Source of the DNA: Oopsacas minuta
Lineage: Eukaryota; Animalia; Porifera
NCBI GenBank assembly: GCA_024704765.1
Contig: JAKMXF010000244.1
Span: forward strand, 115,905 to 179,904
Reading direction: 5' to 3'
DNA: 64,000 nt
Numbering within the stretch: position 1 is the first letter of the stretch; every line of letters begins with the position of its first letter. A program made the translations under genes and the position numbers. Below are positions 28,997 to 41,487 of this stretch, one piece after another. The notes under the pieces are model-generated. The model did no database searches and was not told where the DNA came from. It was given only the letters and a program-made list of their open reading frames with translations.

Positions 28997-29199
28997 CTGT
29001 ATCTTCCTCAAGAAGTGCAAGTAATTCTGTATCTCTGCAAACCTTGTTTTTTACATCCCGCATTAGTGGGCCAATAGAAGAATCAAGGGAATTATAAGGA
29101 TTGTTTTGCATTCTTCCTTGTAGAAACTCCTCCTGTTGAGGGTCCTTTTCGAGAGAAAGAAAATATTCGAAATGGGCAGACTCTTCCGGAGAGATAATA
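28997..29199 (-). CDS. UBR4: UBR4 coding exon
   Basis: (S)[67 protein letters not shown](G) matches the hallmark UBR4 [15 protein letters not shown]...IGPLMRDIKNKIC motif. Acceptor tttctttttag, donor gttaat, 203 nt (phase 2 to 1). Confidence 0.97.
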
Positions 29200-29790
29200 C
29201 TAAAAAGAAATAAAAATGAAAATTCAATGGTTCTCGTTATAAAAACCGCCTTTGGACTATCCAAACATGTTCCTATAATCAATATGTTCATATAATAGGT
29301 GTGAATTATGAAAAAGTACATGAGAACCTTTCCAGGAGTTGGCTCTTATATCCGATATTTTCTTACAACTCGTGTTGATAAATGCGATACCAGTTCTACA
29401 CAATTACTTATCGATTTACAAATTGGGTAAGAAAATCATGGAAAAGAGACTGAGTTCGACTTATCGACAAACAAATGAGAAAACCTCTGATAAAAATAAC
29501 TGAACTGTATATAAAGGTTTTTGCAGGTTTCTTGCTAAACAGATAGTGCGCTACCTGAAATCACAATTGATTGATCGCAGTTTCAGTTTCAAATTCAGCT
29601 TCAATTGAATTTATTATAACCTAGTATAGTAGTTTTAAGGAAAATTTACATAATTAGTTTCATTTACATTTCACTCATAGTTTCAATTCAGAATGTAATA
29701 TAGTTCGATTCTTTGTACTGATGGATCTTCTTTCCTAACATATCCGAATAAAATGCAATATAATTCTCTTGTTAAGAATATATCCTAGAT

Positions 29791-32094
29791 CAGTGGTCCT
29801 CAAACTGTGGTACGCGAGCTCCTTCTGGTGGTAGGCGAGGTATCTCATTATTATTTAGGTATATGTCAAAATTTGAATATTTTATACTAAAATACTCCTT
29901 GTAATACGTTCGTAAAGGTAAAAGCATATGGATGGTTGGCTCAGAACAGTGACCGTAAGGAAGAGAAGTGAGGATGGAGAGGACAATATTTCGATTGTAA
30001 CTGACGAATTGGAGTACTGTGAAGCGACCACAAGTGCCTGTGGTAGGAAAGTGAGTGAAGTCTGCACGACAAGCTAACGTTTATAGCAAACGCCGCAAAG
30101 TTATAAGAAAATATGATCAGAGTTATCTCAGTTTTGGATTCAGTTGGACCGGGACGGAGGGAGAGTCTAGGCCGCAGTGTGTAATGTGTGGTGATGTTCT
30201 CAGCAATGAAAGCATGAAGCCTGCGCATCTCAAACGGCATCTTACAACCAAACACGCAGTATTAAAAGACAAACCGATTGCATTCTTTCAGAGAAAACTT
30301 GATGAACTGAGGCAGTCAAAGGCAATGATTATGTCCTGTGTTACACCCGTAGCCAAAGCACAGGAAGCCTCCTACTGTGCCAGCCTACGTATAGCCAAAG
30401 TCAGTAAGCCACGTAATATTGGCGAGGAGCTGTGTCTACCGTTAGCAAAAGAGATCACATATATTTTGTGTGGGGAGAAGGCTGCCAGACAGTTAAACTT
30501 GGTGCCGCTTTCAAACGACACCGTATCGCGGAGAATAATCGACATGGCAGATGACGTTGAAAACATACTGATCGAGCGCATCAAGAAGAGTCGTTATTTT
30601 TCAATACAGCTAGACGAGACAACAAACGTAGCAGATTTAGCTAATTTGCTAGTTTATGTCAGGTACGAATACGATGGAGCATCTCAAGAGGACTTTTTGT
30701 TCTGTCAGACACTGATAACGAGAACTACAGCAGAATACATTTTTCTGTTATTGAATACTTTTATGGAAGAGAATTGTCTCGATCGGAAAAAGTGTGTTGG
30801 AGTTTGCACCGATGGCGCCAGGGCCATGACCGGCCGCCACAACGGGGTAGCAGCTCGAATTAGCGAAGTGGCCACCGAGATGTGATGGACCCACTGCAGC
30901 AGTCATCGCGAAGCCCTAGCAGTGAAGAAAATGCCTGAAGATCTAAAGTCAGTGTTGGACTCTGCCGTAAAAACGGTGAATTTTATCAAGGCACGTCCAA
31001 TGAATTCCCGTCTCTTTGGTGTGCTCTGTGATGAAATAGGCAGCGAGCATCTCCAACTCTTGCTCCACACGGAAATAAGATGGTTGTCAAGAGGAAAGGT
31101 ACTTACGAGGCTGTTCGAATTGCACTGGGAGGTGCAGATGTTCCTACAAGACAAACAATTTCCCTTGTTACACCTTTTTGAAAACAGTGAGTGGCTGAGT
31201 CAACTGGCTTACCTGTCAGACATTTTCTCTCGCTTGAACGACCTAAATTTGGGACTACAAGAACTGTCTATTACTGTTTTTGACTTGAATGACAAAATCA
31301 ACGCAATGGTGAAAAAGCTGCAGCTGTTTGAGATGAAAATCAAGGCAGGTGATGTTTCACCTTTCCCCACTTTGGAGAGTTTTATATCTGAGAACAAGCT
31401 GACCCTTGATGATGGTGTCAGAGACAACATTGTGGCGCACAGTGATTCACTGAGACAACAGTTCCGCAACTACTATCCAGTATCAGCCGAAGTCAACAAC
31501 TGGATGAGGAACCCGTTCACAGTCGAAGTTGGTGACATGCCTGAGGATTTCAGCACCAGTGAGCAGGAGAGTTTTTTGGAATTATCTTGCGACGAAGCGT
31601 TAAAGTCCGATTTCAAAAGGATTTCATTGTTGGACTTTTGGATACAAAAGACACGGCGAATACCCAGCGCTTTCGGACAGGGCCACACGGTTTCTTCCTC
31701 CATTCGCGACTACATATCTGTGCGAGAAAGGCTTCTCATCTCTTGTTGCGATCAAGACAAAATACAGAAATAGGATGGATGCCGAGCCAGACCTGAGATT
31801 GAAGCTGACCTCGATTGACCCAGACATCGCAGGGCTATGTTCACGAAAGCAGGCGCACCCTTCTCACTGATAGACCTGTAAGTCGATGTACACCAAAATG
31901 TACCTCCATAAACACTATTTGAATGATCCTAATGTTGATCATATTCTATTTATTGATATTTTGTTTATTTTACGAGCGTTCTTCATATGCTTCATTATTC
32001 AGGGGTGAATTTAGATATCGATCTTTATGGTGGTACGCGGAGACTCTAATATTTGGTGAAGTGGTACGTGCTGGAAAAAGTTTGAGAACCACTG
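29791..32094 (+). mobile_element. Near-intact hAT Buster/Charlie (ZBED5-like) element, about 2.3 kb
   Basis: TIRs cagtggtcctcaaact / agtttgagaaccactg; perfect TSD tcctagat at 29783-29790 and 32095-32102. The transposase runs from about 29928 to 31870 with a zinc finger (PQCVMC...HLTTKH), QLDETT, CTDGA, EIRWLSRG and ATTYLCEKGFS. Lesions: an in-frame TGA at 30883-30885 and frameshifts near 30070 and 31650. Confidence 0.97.
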
Positions 32095-33099
32095 TCCTAG
32101 ATGAACTCTACTAGCTGAAAAATATTGTACAGCAGGAGAAGTATACTACTTGCCGATCCCATATTCAGGTCATTGAATACATATATTATAATCCGTTTCA
32201 TTGAAAAAGAAATTTCACAAACGGTAATTAATTCAACTATGATTGGGTTGTCCAAAAACATTTGAGTTTGATTTAGCAGTAATGTTAAACAAAATAAGGG
32301 GAACAAAATTTACATCAATTAATGGAGATATGTTAACCTTGGCTGATTTTCTAAATATTTTCCATAACTTTCCTGGTATTCCAGAGTAAATTCATCTTAT
32401 ATTTCAAATGTTAGTAAAGCAACTACAAGATTCATATATCAAAGAAATAAATCAGTGAAATTCGTCCTGAAACAGATTTGAAGGTTACAATATTATAATA
32501 TATCTTCTTCAACAAATGACACAACGTAGCCAAGGCTGGATTCGATGAAACTGTTAAACGATTAATCGACCCTATATCCAGTTAAATGCCAGGAAACAAT
32601 ATATGTAGTTAACCGAAAAGCATCATTCCCAACAATATATTCATAATTCCGCAAGTTATAAGGGATGAGAAAATAGATATACAGGCAGCCCTTGGCGTTC
32701 GTGAGTTTCTCGCTCGCTGTTTCGATTATTTGCGGAAAAGATTCCTGCTCTCGTTTTGCCATTCGCGGTGTATTCCATCGATGTATCGCGGTTTTCTTTA
32801 CGAGTAAGTCAGTTTGTCGATATTTAAATAGTTGGTATGCATTACTATGGTGGAAATGTATTATTCAAGATAAATAGCCCACATACATTGGAAATTTTAT
32901 CTAATTCCAATAAATCCAGTGATTTGTTGTATTTTGATGACGAGAAAACAGAAACTTCTCGTAAAATACATAAGCAAGTTTTACACACTCATGCGCACAC
33001 AAGAAATTTTTATACTCAGTAAATACAATAGATTTTTTACAATTCGGAATTATTGTTTAATTTTACATTCTGATCATATTTAGTATCACTTTTTTTTTC

Positions 33100-34867
33100 A
33101 TTTTGTAATCTAACAAAGTTACCCCACTGATCTCAATGAACTAACGTCTTGCCGTTCGCGATTTTGCCATTCACGAAAATTCTCATGAACGTAACTCCCG
33201 CAAACGGTGAAGGTGCTTGAACACGAATTCTGCTAGTTAGCTAGTTCTGAGAGGTTACATTTTTAGCCCGTCTGCTAAATTTCATTAGTTATTTTATACA
33301 ATCCTTGTTCCATTTAAGGCTGCCAGAAGCCAACCGGCCCGAGTAAATCGCCCGGGAATATTCTTCGTTTTCCCTTATCGACAGAATAGAGATATGACTG
33401 AATTTCGAATATTTGAGTCCTATTTTTCTATAATAAAAATTTCTGTTTCCATCGGCGAAAATCGCTGAAAATCTATTCTTAATAGTACTAGCATAATCCA
33501 AAGTAGATTTATTAATGAACACAAACCGAATTCCGAAGAGAATTGCTATAAAATGAATAACATGCTCATTACTATTCGATATTTCGAATTTCAGGTTCTC
33601 AATCTCTTCGTCAATGCACATTTTGATTCCGCTGTGAATCTCATCCTCATTGCCAGTGAAGCTGTTGCTGTTGCTGCATTATACGATTACTCCACCTCGA
33701 ATATGTCATCAAGTTTATCTACATCCTGTTCATAGGGAATGCTTTAACCTTTTTGGGTAGATTTACCTCTTTTGCCTTAACCACAGACTGTCTCCAGTAC
33801 TTCAACATACTTTCTATATTTAGAAACGGGATTCAAACGCAGACTAATGGCAGAGTTTATGGGTCGATTCTAATGCGGTTGCGAAATTTGTACGGAGGTT
33901 TGTGGGCTTGCTAAACCCCACTCGGCGGACACACTTTCAGCGCTGATACAAGAGAGTAGTCTGTATAGGCATTCTGCCAGCCATGTCAGCGGAGTCGTCA
34001 GATACGAAAACCATCGGCGGCAGTTTATGAATGGACTATACATCACGTAGCGACGCTGGACGCTGTAATCCTTTGAACGCTATGGTTAGGTACTTCTCAG
34101 CTAGGCACTGGTCAAATTCGTAGAAAATGGAAAACTTCTGAGGCTTATCGAAACTCGTCTTGGCGTAGACGATCAGCTGTTGTTCAACTCCAACGTCAGT
34201 CTTTTCGTCTATTGTGATTCCGTATAAGCTGATCATGGAGATATCTTCCTTTGCCCGAGTGAATTGGATCGCAGAGGCAGAATCCCACGAGGTAAAACCA
34301 TAATTTTTGGTGGCTCATGACGTGATTATATTGATGCCGAATTCTAGAGAAATCTTACAATAAGTCCGATTTTCGTCGTGGCCAGCTCAAGACAAGCTAC
34401 TTCCTGAGTTACATCGATAAGCGGTTTAATTTCAAGATCCTATCCGTCATTCATTCTCTTTGTAGCGGTTTCTCTATTGGCAGCCCGAATCTTCATGGCC
34501 TGGATCAGTGTTGGTTGCTGATGTTCGTGGTCGTCACAGACCATTCGAGCCATTCCGATCCTTTCTTCGGTCTGCTTCCAAACTTCTCTCGGCATATTTT
34601 ACATTGTACTCCGAAAGTTTCTTTCTATGATAAACGAAGATAACCACTTGAAAACTACACTTTCAAAATGCACTTTAATGCTTGGCATTGTTCAGGCTAT
34701 GTAAGATAAAAGAAACACAAAATAGCACAACATTATGAGAATTATTGTCACTGGCAGCTGGTGACAGGGAAATCACTAAAATCAGGCATTAATGAAGACT
34801 ATCGGCCGCCGAAATGGAAAACCGGGCGGTAGTCGACCCTCTCGGCCGGATACTAGAGGGAACACTG
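33100..34867 (-). mobile_element. Decayed hAT element (ZNF862/ZMYM-like clade)
   Basis: 5' terminus cagtgttccctcta (revcomp at 34854-34867) with cggccg subterminal repeats. Motifs GITIDEKTDVGVEQQLIVYAK, IKNRFS and MRIFVNG. The other terminus was not found. Confidence 0.6.
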
Positions 34868-36909
34868 AATACAGTCGTATCACGATTGAAAAATAAAGGC
34901 TAAGTATTGATATTCACAATTTTAGTAACGTAACTTAATTTATTGTTCAAAGAATACTACCTGCGGTTAACCTGTTAATCGCTATTATCGAAAAGGTATT
35001 AATCGTGTCCTAAATTCGTTTAACTAACCCCAGCAGCCCTAACGTGGTAAATCAGTAAAGTATACACCATATTCTTTTGTCAGGGTATTTAACAAAGTCC
35101 CTAGGCAGACTCCGTGTCCAGTTAAGGAGGCAAAGTAATTCTTTTGTGTATGTGCAAGAGAAAAAACTTGGGTAGACGACTGGAAAAGTGAGAGAGAATC
35201 TGAAGGGGACAAAATTGGACAAATTCTCAAAGAGTTAAAATGCAATTAATTTCAGGGGATTTCAAAATCCATTAATCTGGCAGTATTCATAATCAGCGCA
35301 AAATTCCGCAGTAGTTATTTCACTACCAACGCAGGAATGTTACAGAATTGGGACAACATTCCATCTAAAATTTCATCCTAACCTCATCAAGTGACCCGTT
35401 GTTAGTCGCCGCTAGCCTAGCTGAGTCTAGTTTTACACAAATCGACCATCTAAATTATCTTTCAACTCGAAATCGCGAGGTCCCCAGTGGCCCAATATTT
35501 TCTGGTAATTTTTCAAATACTTCTTACAAATGTCATAGTCTATTTTGTGAGATATTTTTACCATAAATAGGTATATATATATAGCTCCTGCTAGCACGCT
35601 TCTCCTATTTGGCAGCTGTGAGACAGTTTAGTGCTTCAAGAAAGGTTGAGTATTCAACAGCTGAATTTCTTAGTGCTTATTGCTTAGTGAAGAGGTATGC
35701 TCGGCACTTTGCCCTTCGAGTGTATACAAAAGGTGAAGGTTTAAGTTTGTATTATCTATGGCCCATTCAAATTACATCCAATACCATTCGGTGGGCTACT
35801 AGATGGCTTTAGGTTAGTAATCTAGGCACTTCGAACCTCGGTTATCAAGAAATACTCAAGATTTTCGTAATTTAGAAATTTAGTAATAGTGTACAGTCAT
35901 GAGGTAAAGGTTTACATCCATTTAAAGGTGTTGAAAATTTTGAAAATACCGTACAATACGATATTTTATGATATTTCCGATATCTCACCCGATATTATTC
36001 TATGATATTTCGATATCTTGTCACCTCCTATATTACCGATATAGTCGATAGGTTTCTGTTTTCAGCAACCAATAATTATTGTATCGGGAAATTTTCCGCT
36101 ACACATATCGTTTCGGAGATTATTACCCGATATCGATATTAGCTAAACCTTGAGGACACAATAATTCCATTATGTTATTGCATTCAGTGAATAAGGTATA
36201 AGGTTATGGATTGGATGGGTCATGGGCAGGATCGGCGCCAGGATTTGCAAATGGGTAGGATGGGCCTGGCGACAAGCTTATTCTCGGGGAGCCAAACTAT
36301 CATTGTCCTAGAACTTTAGGTGCTTTGGATGAAAGAAGATTATCGAGATGGGACAAGTTGCTATTAAAAGACAAGTGAATTGGCATAAAATTAAAATAAT
36401 AGCAGTATAAATAATATTTTTGTCATGTGGACTATCTACCTAACAAAACTGCACTTGATTTCGATGAAAAAGTTGCTATTAAGCAAATTTAGAATTTGAC
36501 GAATTGCTAATAGGCAGTTTCCACCTTATAGAAATAAGCACATTTCTTAACAAAAAAACTAAGTCGAACCAATTTCGGCTTAAAAATTTGAATTTTACCC
36601 TCCTGTCAAAACATGGAGGGCTGGACAATGGGGTTCGAGCCTGCCAAATTTGCCCTGGTGCTGTTACCAGTCATGGGTAACAGATATAATGGTTCAGATG
36701 GGTAGTGGGTCGCCAGTGGTGACCCATGGTCCACCCTGATATATACTTCCTGAGCAGTAGAAAAGAAAAGAATTTTCAAAAATTCAAAAGGTGACAATTA
36801 CATCATATGTCTGAATGTTGTTTAAAGACTCGAAATTTCCCGAGCCAGGCACTCTGAGAAAAATCAGCCCAGGGTTCTTCTGATTTCTCCAGTAAATTAT
36901 GGATACAAT

Positions 36910-37850
36910 CAGGGGCGTAGACCCGTTATTTTTCTGGGGGGGGGGATGGAGAATTTAAAACTAGCACTTTTCTACATATGACAAATATGAATATGCCATA
37001 ATTGTAGTCATTAAACTTCCGAACTCGACAAAAAGATAGACAATAATAAAAACAGCTAAGAACATAGATCATAGTATATATAATATACTTTATACTTGGT
37101 AGTGTGAAAAGAACCTATTGATTTAATATATCTAGATTACAGTATAAATTATTCGAAGAGACTCTCCGAGTGGGAATTATTAATAAACACGATAGAGATT
37201 CTTTAAGTATACATTTAACCGGATTATAACCAGAGTTGTTTGATTTTAATCAAGTCATTTAAATCATTGATTAAAATCAAAATCCGAGTTTTATAAAATA
37301 TCTTATTAAAATTCAATATTTTGATGTTTTATTATTTTCTCAAGCTGATTATGTCCATTCTGATATTATTATGTATACCTACCGAAAATCTATTCATTTG
37401 TACAGTCAGGATCGCTTATTGTGAATCCCTTCACAATGACTTGGCTTAATACAAATCTTATGTAAGCCGAAGAATTGGGACCTGAGGCGGTTGTTCATAA
37501 TGAACAAATGTTCATATTAGGCCGGATGGTTCAGTCAGCTGTCATACAAAATCCGATTAAAATAAAAAATCTGATTAAATTCCAAAAATCCGATTTTTTG
37601 ATATTTTAAAAAATCATGATTTCAATCAACCCTGATTTTATAACATATATTTCAATGAGTAGATAGGGAATGACATCTCAGATTAATATCTTTGAAAACA
37701 TACTCGAGAATAGTGAAATTTGAATATAACAAGAGGACAATCTGCTGAAACTCAAAAGATTTGAGAGCAAAAATAATGTAGACGTATCTCAAAGTTAAAA
37801 TGTAGGGGGGATGATTGCATAGAGCATCCCCCCCGGGATCTACGCCCCTG
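36910..37850. mobile_element. hAT-type MITE with GC-rich ends, 941 bp
   Basis: TIRs caggggcgtaga / tctacgcccctg; perfect 8-bp TSD gatacaat at 36902-36909 and 37851-37858. Confidence 0.9.
37231..37634. mobile_element. Nested MITE with aaatca/tgattt subterminal repeats
   Basis: Termini cagagttg and caaccctg, many aaatca/tgattt units, flanks attataac / attttataac. A similar repeat-rich stretch occurs at about 63200-63600. Confidence 0.6.
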
Positions 37851-38632
37851 GATACAATCGTATGCATGAATACACATATACAGACTTAGTATATACTTAT
37901 TTAGCCACAGAAAAAAACATCGAAAATATTATGGAGATGAACGAATTCTTTCATTAAATTCAAAATACGCATGCAGCATATTCGTTACAATCGTACAGAA
38001 AATATTCGTTTGTCCGAAAAACTTTCGTTGACTCGCAGTATAATTGAACTAACGAAATACTCGATTAATAATTTCTATGATTTATAAATAGGTACATATA
38101 TTTAACTCATTCTTCAACTTGTACAATTGAGTTATGATGACTGAAATTGTATTTGTATTTCGATGTGACAAACTCACCAAACACTTCATTCTCTACCCAT
38201 AAAACTCTTCATAGGATACCGCGATGAAGTGGGAAATGCATGTATATTCGTTTTTGATCTATTTTGGGCCAATAATAGATTGAATGTCGAATCGAAGTGA
38301 TAGGTGTTTTGAACTCAAAGGTGGATACATTGATAACACTAGCAGTGTTACGAGTATACCCATTATTCTCTCAGTTATGTAATATTGCGACAATAATTGT
38401 GAAATACTCAAATATTAATTCAGATTGCATACAGTGAATATATGTTTAATTGAAAATATACATACACACATATACACAGTGTGAGGGGCCCCGAAAATAT
38501 AATGTGCTTAAGCTAACGCTTCCATTAATCGGGCTCTGTATACCTGAGGCATTAATGCGTTAAAAGGGAATCAATTCCAAAAGAGTTATAGTTAAACTGT
38601 AACGACGTGAAATCCTGTGAGGAATATGAATA

Positions 38633-38782
38633 CAATGGAGTCTCGTTAATACGAACACGGGTAAGGCGTAACTCCTGATAAGGTGTACAAATTTGTCACT
38701 TCATCACTCATTTCCGATTCATTTTCAATGGAAATTATTTCGGATAATACATACTAGTGTACGTATCAACGAGAGCCTACTG
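38633..38782. mobile_element. Tigger/pogo-type MITE
   Basis: TA-flanked termini caatggagtctcgttaatacg / cgtatcaacgagagcctactg. Confidence 0.55.
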
Positions 38783-39606
38783 TATAGGCATGAAATAGGA
38801 GAGGAAAAAAGGAAAAAAGATACTGGTCAGTAAAATTTCGAACTAACAAGTATTCGAAATTCTGATAAAACAATTTCTAAGAGTATAAGGTAATGTTGAT
38901 TGATAATACAATTTATGAAACATATCACAAATACAAAATATCCATACGTATTTGTAAATAAAAGTGGCACAATCCGTCGTGCTTTTGAAATAATTAGCGC
39001 GCTTCGCTAGCTAGGTCGCTGTGGGACACCTAAGTAGTCCAGGATAGCTTAAGTAATAAACAGCTAAATTGTATAGTGTTATTGGTAGCGAAGCGACAGA
39101 ACTCAGCACTGTGTGCCTCGAATTCACGGAATAGATAAACCTTAAGAATATATCATCAAAATTTTCAAATTTCTAAAATTTCAGGATTTCTTAATTCCTG
39201 AGACACGAAGTGAATAGATTACTAAGCAAAGGTTACTGAGTTAATTTGGATGAACCATGGAGATGCTATAGGGTCATGAGAGCGTAATAATCACATTTTG
39301 GGTTTGGATTTGGCCAAAATGATGACGTCAGAGCATTTGTCGCATAGAGGGTATCTGTCGTTCAAATTTCAAACTTATATCATCTATAATGGTTGAGCAG
39401 TTGCAAATAATATGATTTTCCAAACTCCATAAACGTGTCAATGACGTCATAATTTATCATAGGTGTGAATTTTCGTCCAAGACTCGAACATTTCCGAGCC
39501 AGGCCCACAATACCCGCTATACCAAAAATAAGGCAGGAGGGTCTTCCAGTTTCTTCAATCAATTCTGGACATACTAAAATATATTTATAGATAAATTGAG
39601 TCAATA

Positions 39607-40911
39607 CGAGGGGCACTCGAAAAGTTTTGCCGTTTGATAAGAAACCATTAATCTGTCGGATATTTTTCCGCATTCATCTTTTCGGACATATTTTATTACT
39701 CTACTTTGAAACTTTCATTCATTTATCTCTTCTACTTTCATAAATTAGATAATTTTTGTATACATGGCTTCTAAAATGTCTCAATCTAAATCAGATCTCA
39801 CAAAACTTGATTTTCGAGCAATAATTTTGATCTTATTCAAACTACAGAAGACAAGAGTAGAAATCTATGAATCCTTACAGGAACATTTCCCGGATCTAGT
39901 TCCTTCTCTAAGTACAGTTGAACGATGGTACAGGGAATTTATTCACGGAAACTTTATTCTTGAAGATGCCCTCGTTCAGGAAGACCGAATATTTACATAA
40001 TGAAGAAAATATTAACGAAATGCTAGATCTAATTACTAAAGATCCTCATATTACGCACGCTCAGATAGAGTATGAAACCGAGTCATCTTCGGGGACAATT
40101 AATATCATTTTGCCCTAAGAGCTTTGTGTCAGGAGTTGTGTGCCCGATGGATCCCCCATTCTTTGAACTTACAGCAAAAAATATCCCAGTTAGACTTTTG
40201 CAAAATTATGCTCAAAAGGTTTGCTAATGGAAGTTCAAGAGCTGTTTCTGAGATCCTTACAGGTGATGAGACATGGAACTACCATTATGATCCAGAAACA
40301 AAGCGAATGTCAAAGGAATGGGTTGAAGAAGATGCCCCACCTCCAACCAAAGTGCGGAGGGTTAGATCCGTTGGGAAACAAATGTGGGCGATTTTTTTCA
40401 GATCTAGTGGGTTTGTCGAAGCTGTTGCTCTCGAGGATAGAAAGACTGTTGCTGCCGACTGGTACACTACAATGTGCATACCCAAAGTCATCACACCAAT
40501 TGTGTAACAGCGGGAGAAGACAGGCATTAGAGGAGTTCTTCTTCATCATGATAATGCATCATCGCATACGGCAATCAGAACTCGTGAGTTTTTGGAAAAT
40601 TCTGGACTCAAAACATTACCTCACCCGCTCTACAGTCCTGATTTAGCCCCTTACGACTTCTGGTTGCTCCCTAGACTCAAAGATCAATTACGCGGGAGGA
40701 GATGTTCGACTAATGAGGAGTTGAGAGGGGCACTTTTCCAAGCGATCGGAGACATCCCCAAAGAAGAGTGGAAAAAATGTTTTGATAATTGGTTTGCCAG
40801 AATGAAAAAATGTAAGGATTGTCAGGGAGAGTATTTTGAAAATGTAATAATCAATTTTATTATTATTATCTGATATGTCGGTCAAAGTCAAAACTTTTCG
40901 AGTGTCCTTCG
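39607..40911 (+). mobile_element. Full-length decayed mariner (DD34D), about 1.3 kb
   Basis: TA-flanked TIRs cgaggggcactcgaaaagtttt / aaaacttttcgagtgtccttcg. Motifs ARWIPHSL, LTGDETW, HHDNA and HPLYSPDLAPYD (34-aa spacing). Frameshifts and stops. Confidence 0.95.
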
Positions 40912-41301
40912 TAATAATATAGATGAGTATCATAATTTAGGTTATAAATTCTACTGGATGTACAAATACGCGAACACAAATTTACTTGACATATATACAT
41001 CTTACAGTTTACAGTTTTGGTATCTAAGAACAAACGAGGTTAGCACTATCAGGATATACTTTTCAGTTACTAAATACTGCTATACATGCAGGCTAGTGCC
41101 TCCAAATAGTGGTTTAACCGAGTATCAAACCGGTCCTAAAACCTCGAATTCATATATTGAAAATTTGATTATATCTGAGAACTAGAAATATCAAAAATCT
41201 CGAATTCTTTAAAACTGATGGTATGAACCGGCATATTCAAGTTCGAAATTGCATATGTAAAACATAAAGAGCAAAGAGATATGATAACAATTGAAGCAAA
41301 C

Positions 41302-41487
41302 CTGCATAGTCCTTCAAATATAACAACAGGTGATGTTATATCAGTTGATGCGACATGGGACAATTTCTCTATGCAAATTACAATAAATTCACGACGTTCT
41401 TCAAGAGTGCCAGATGTCAATAACTCTAAAAGATCAAAGGTTCTCTGTTGAGCATCCTCTATTCTTTTAGTACGTTGGACAACAAGT
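41302..41487 (-). CDS. UBR4: UBR4 coding exon
   Basis: (R)LVVQRTKRIEDAQQRTFDLLELLTSGTLEERREFIVICIEKLSHVASTDITSPVVIFEGLC(S) versus UBR4 KLVVQRTKLIDETQ...TPVFIFERLCS. Acceptor tttccatttctag, donor gtttgc, 186 nt (phase 2 to 2). Confidence 0.95.

Noticed and set aside
29200-29321. Open frame extending upstream of the 29199 UBR4 exon (SPKAVFI looks like TPVFI)
   Set aside because: The true homologous segment is in exon 41302-41487, and the upstream AG is in an incompatible phase.
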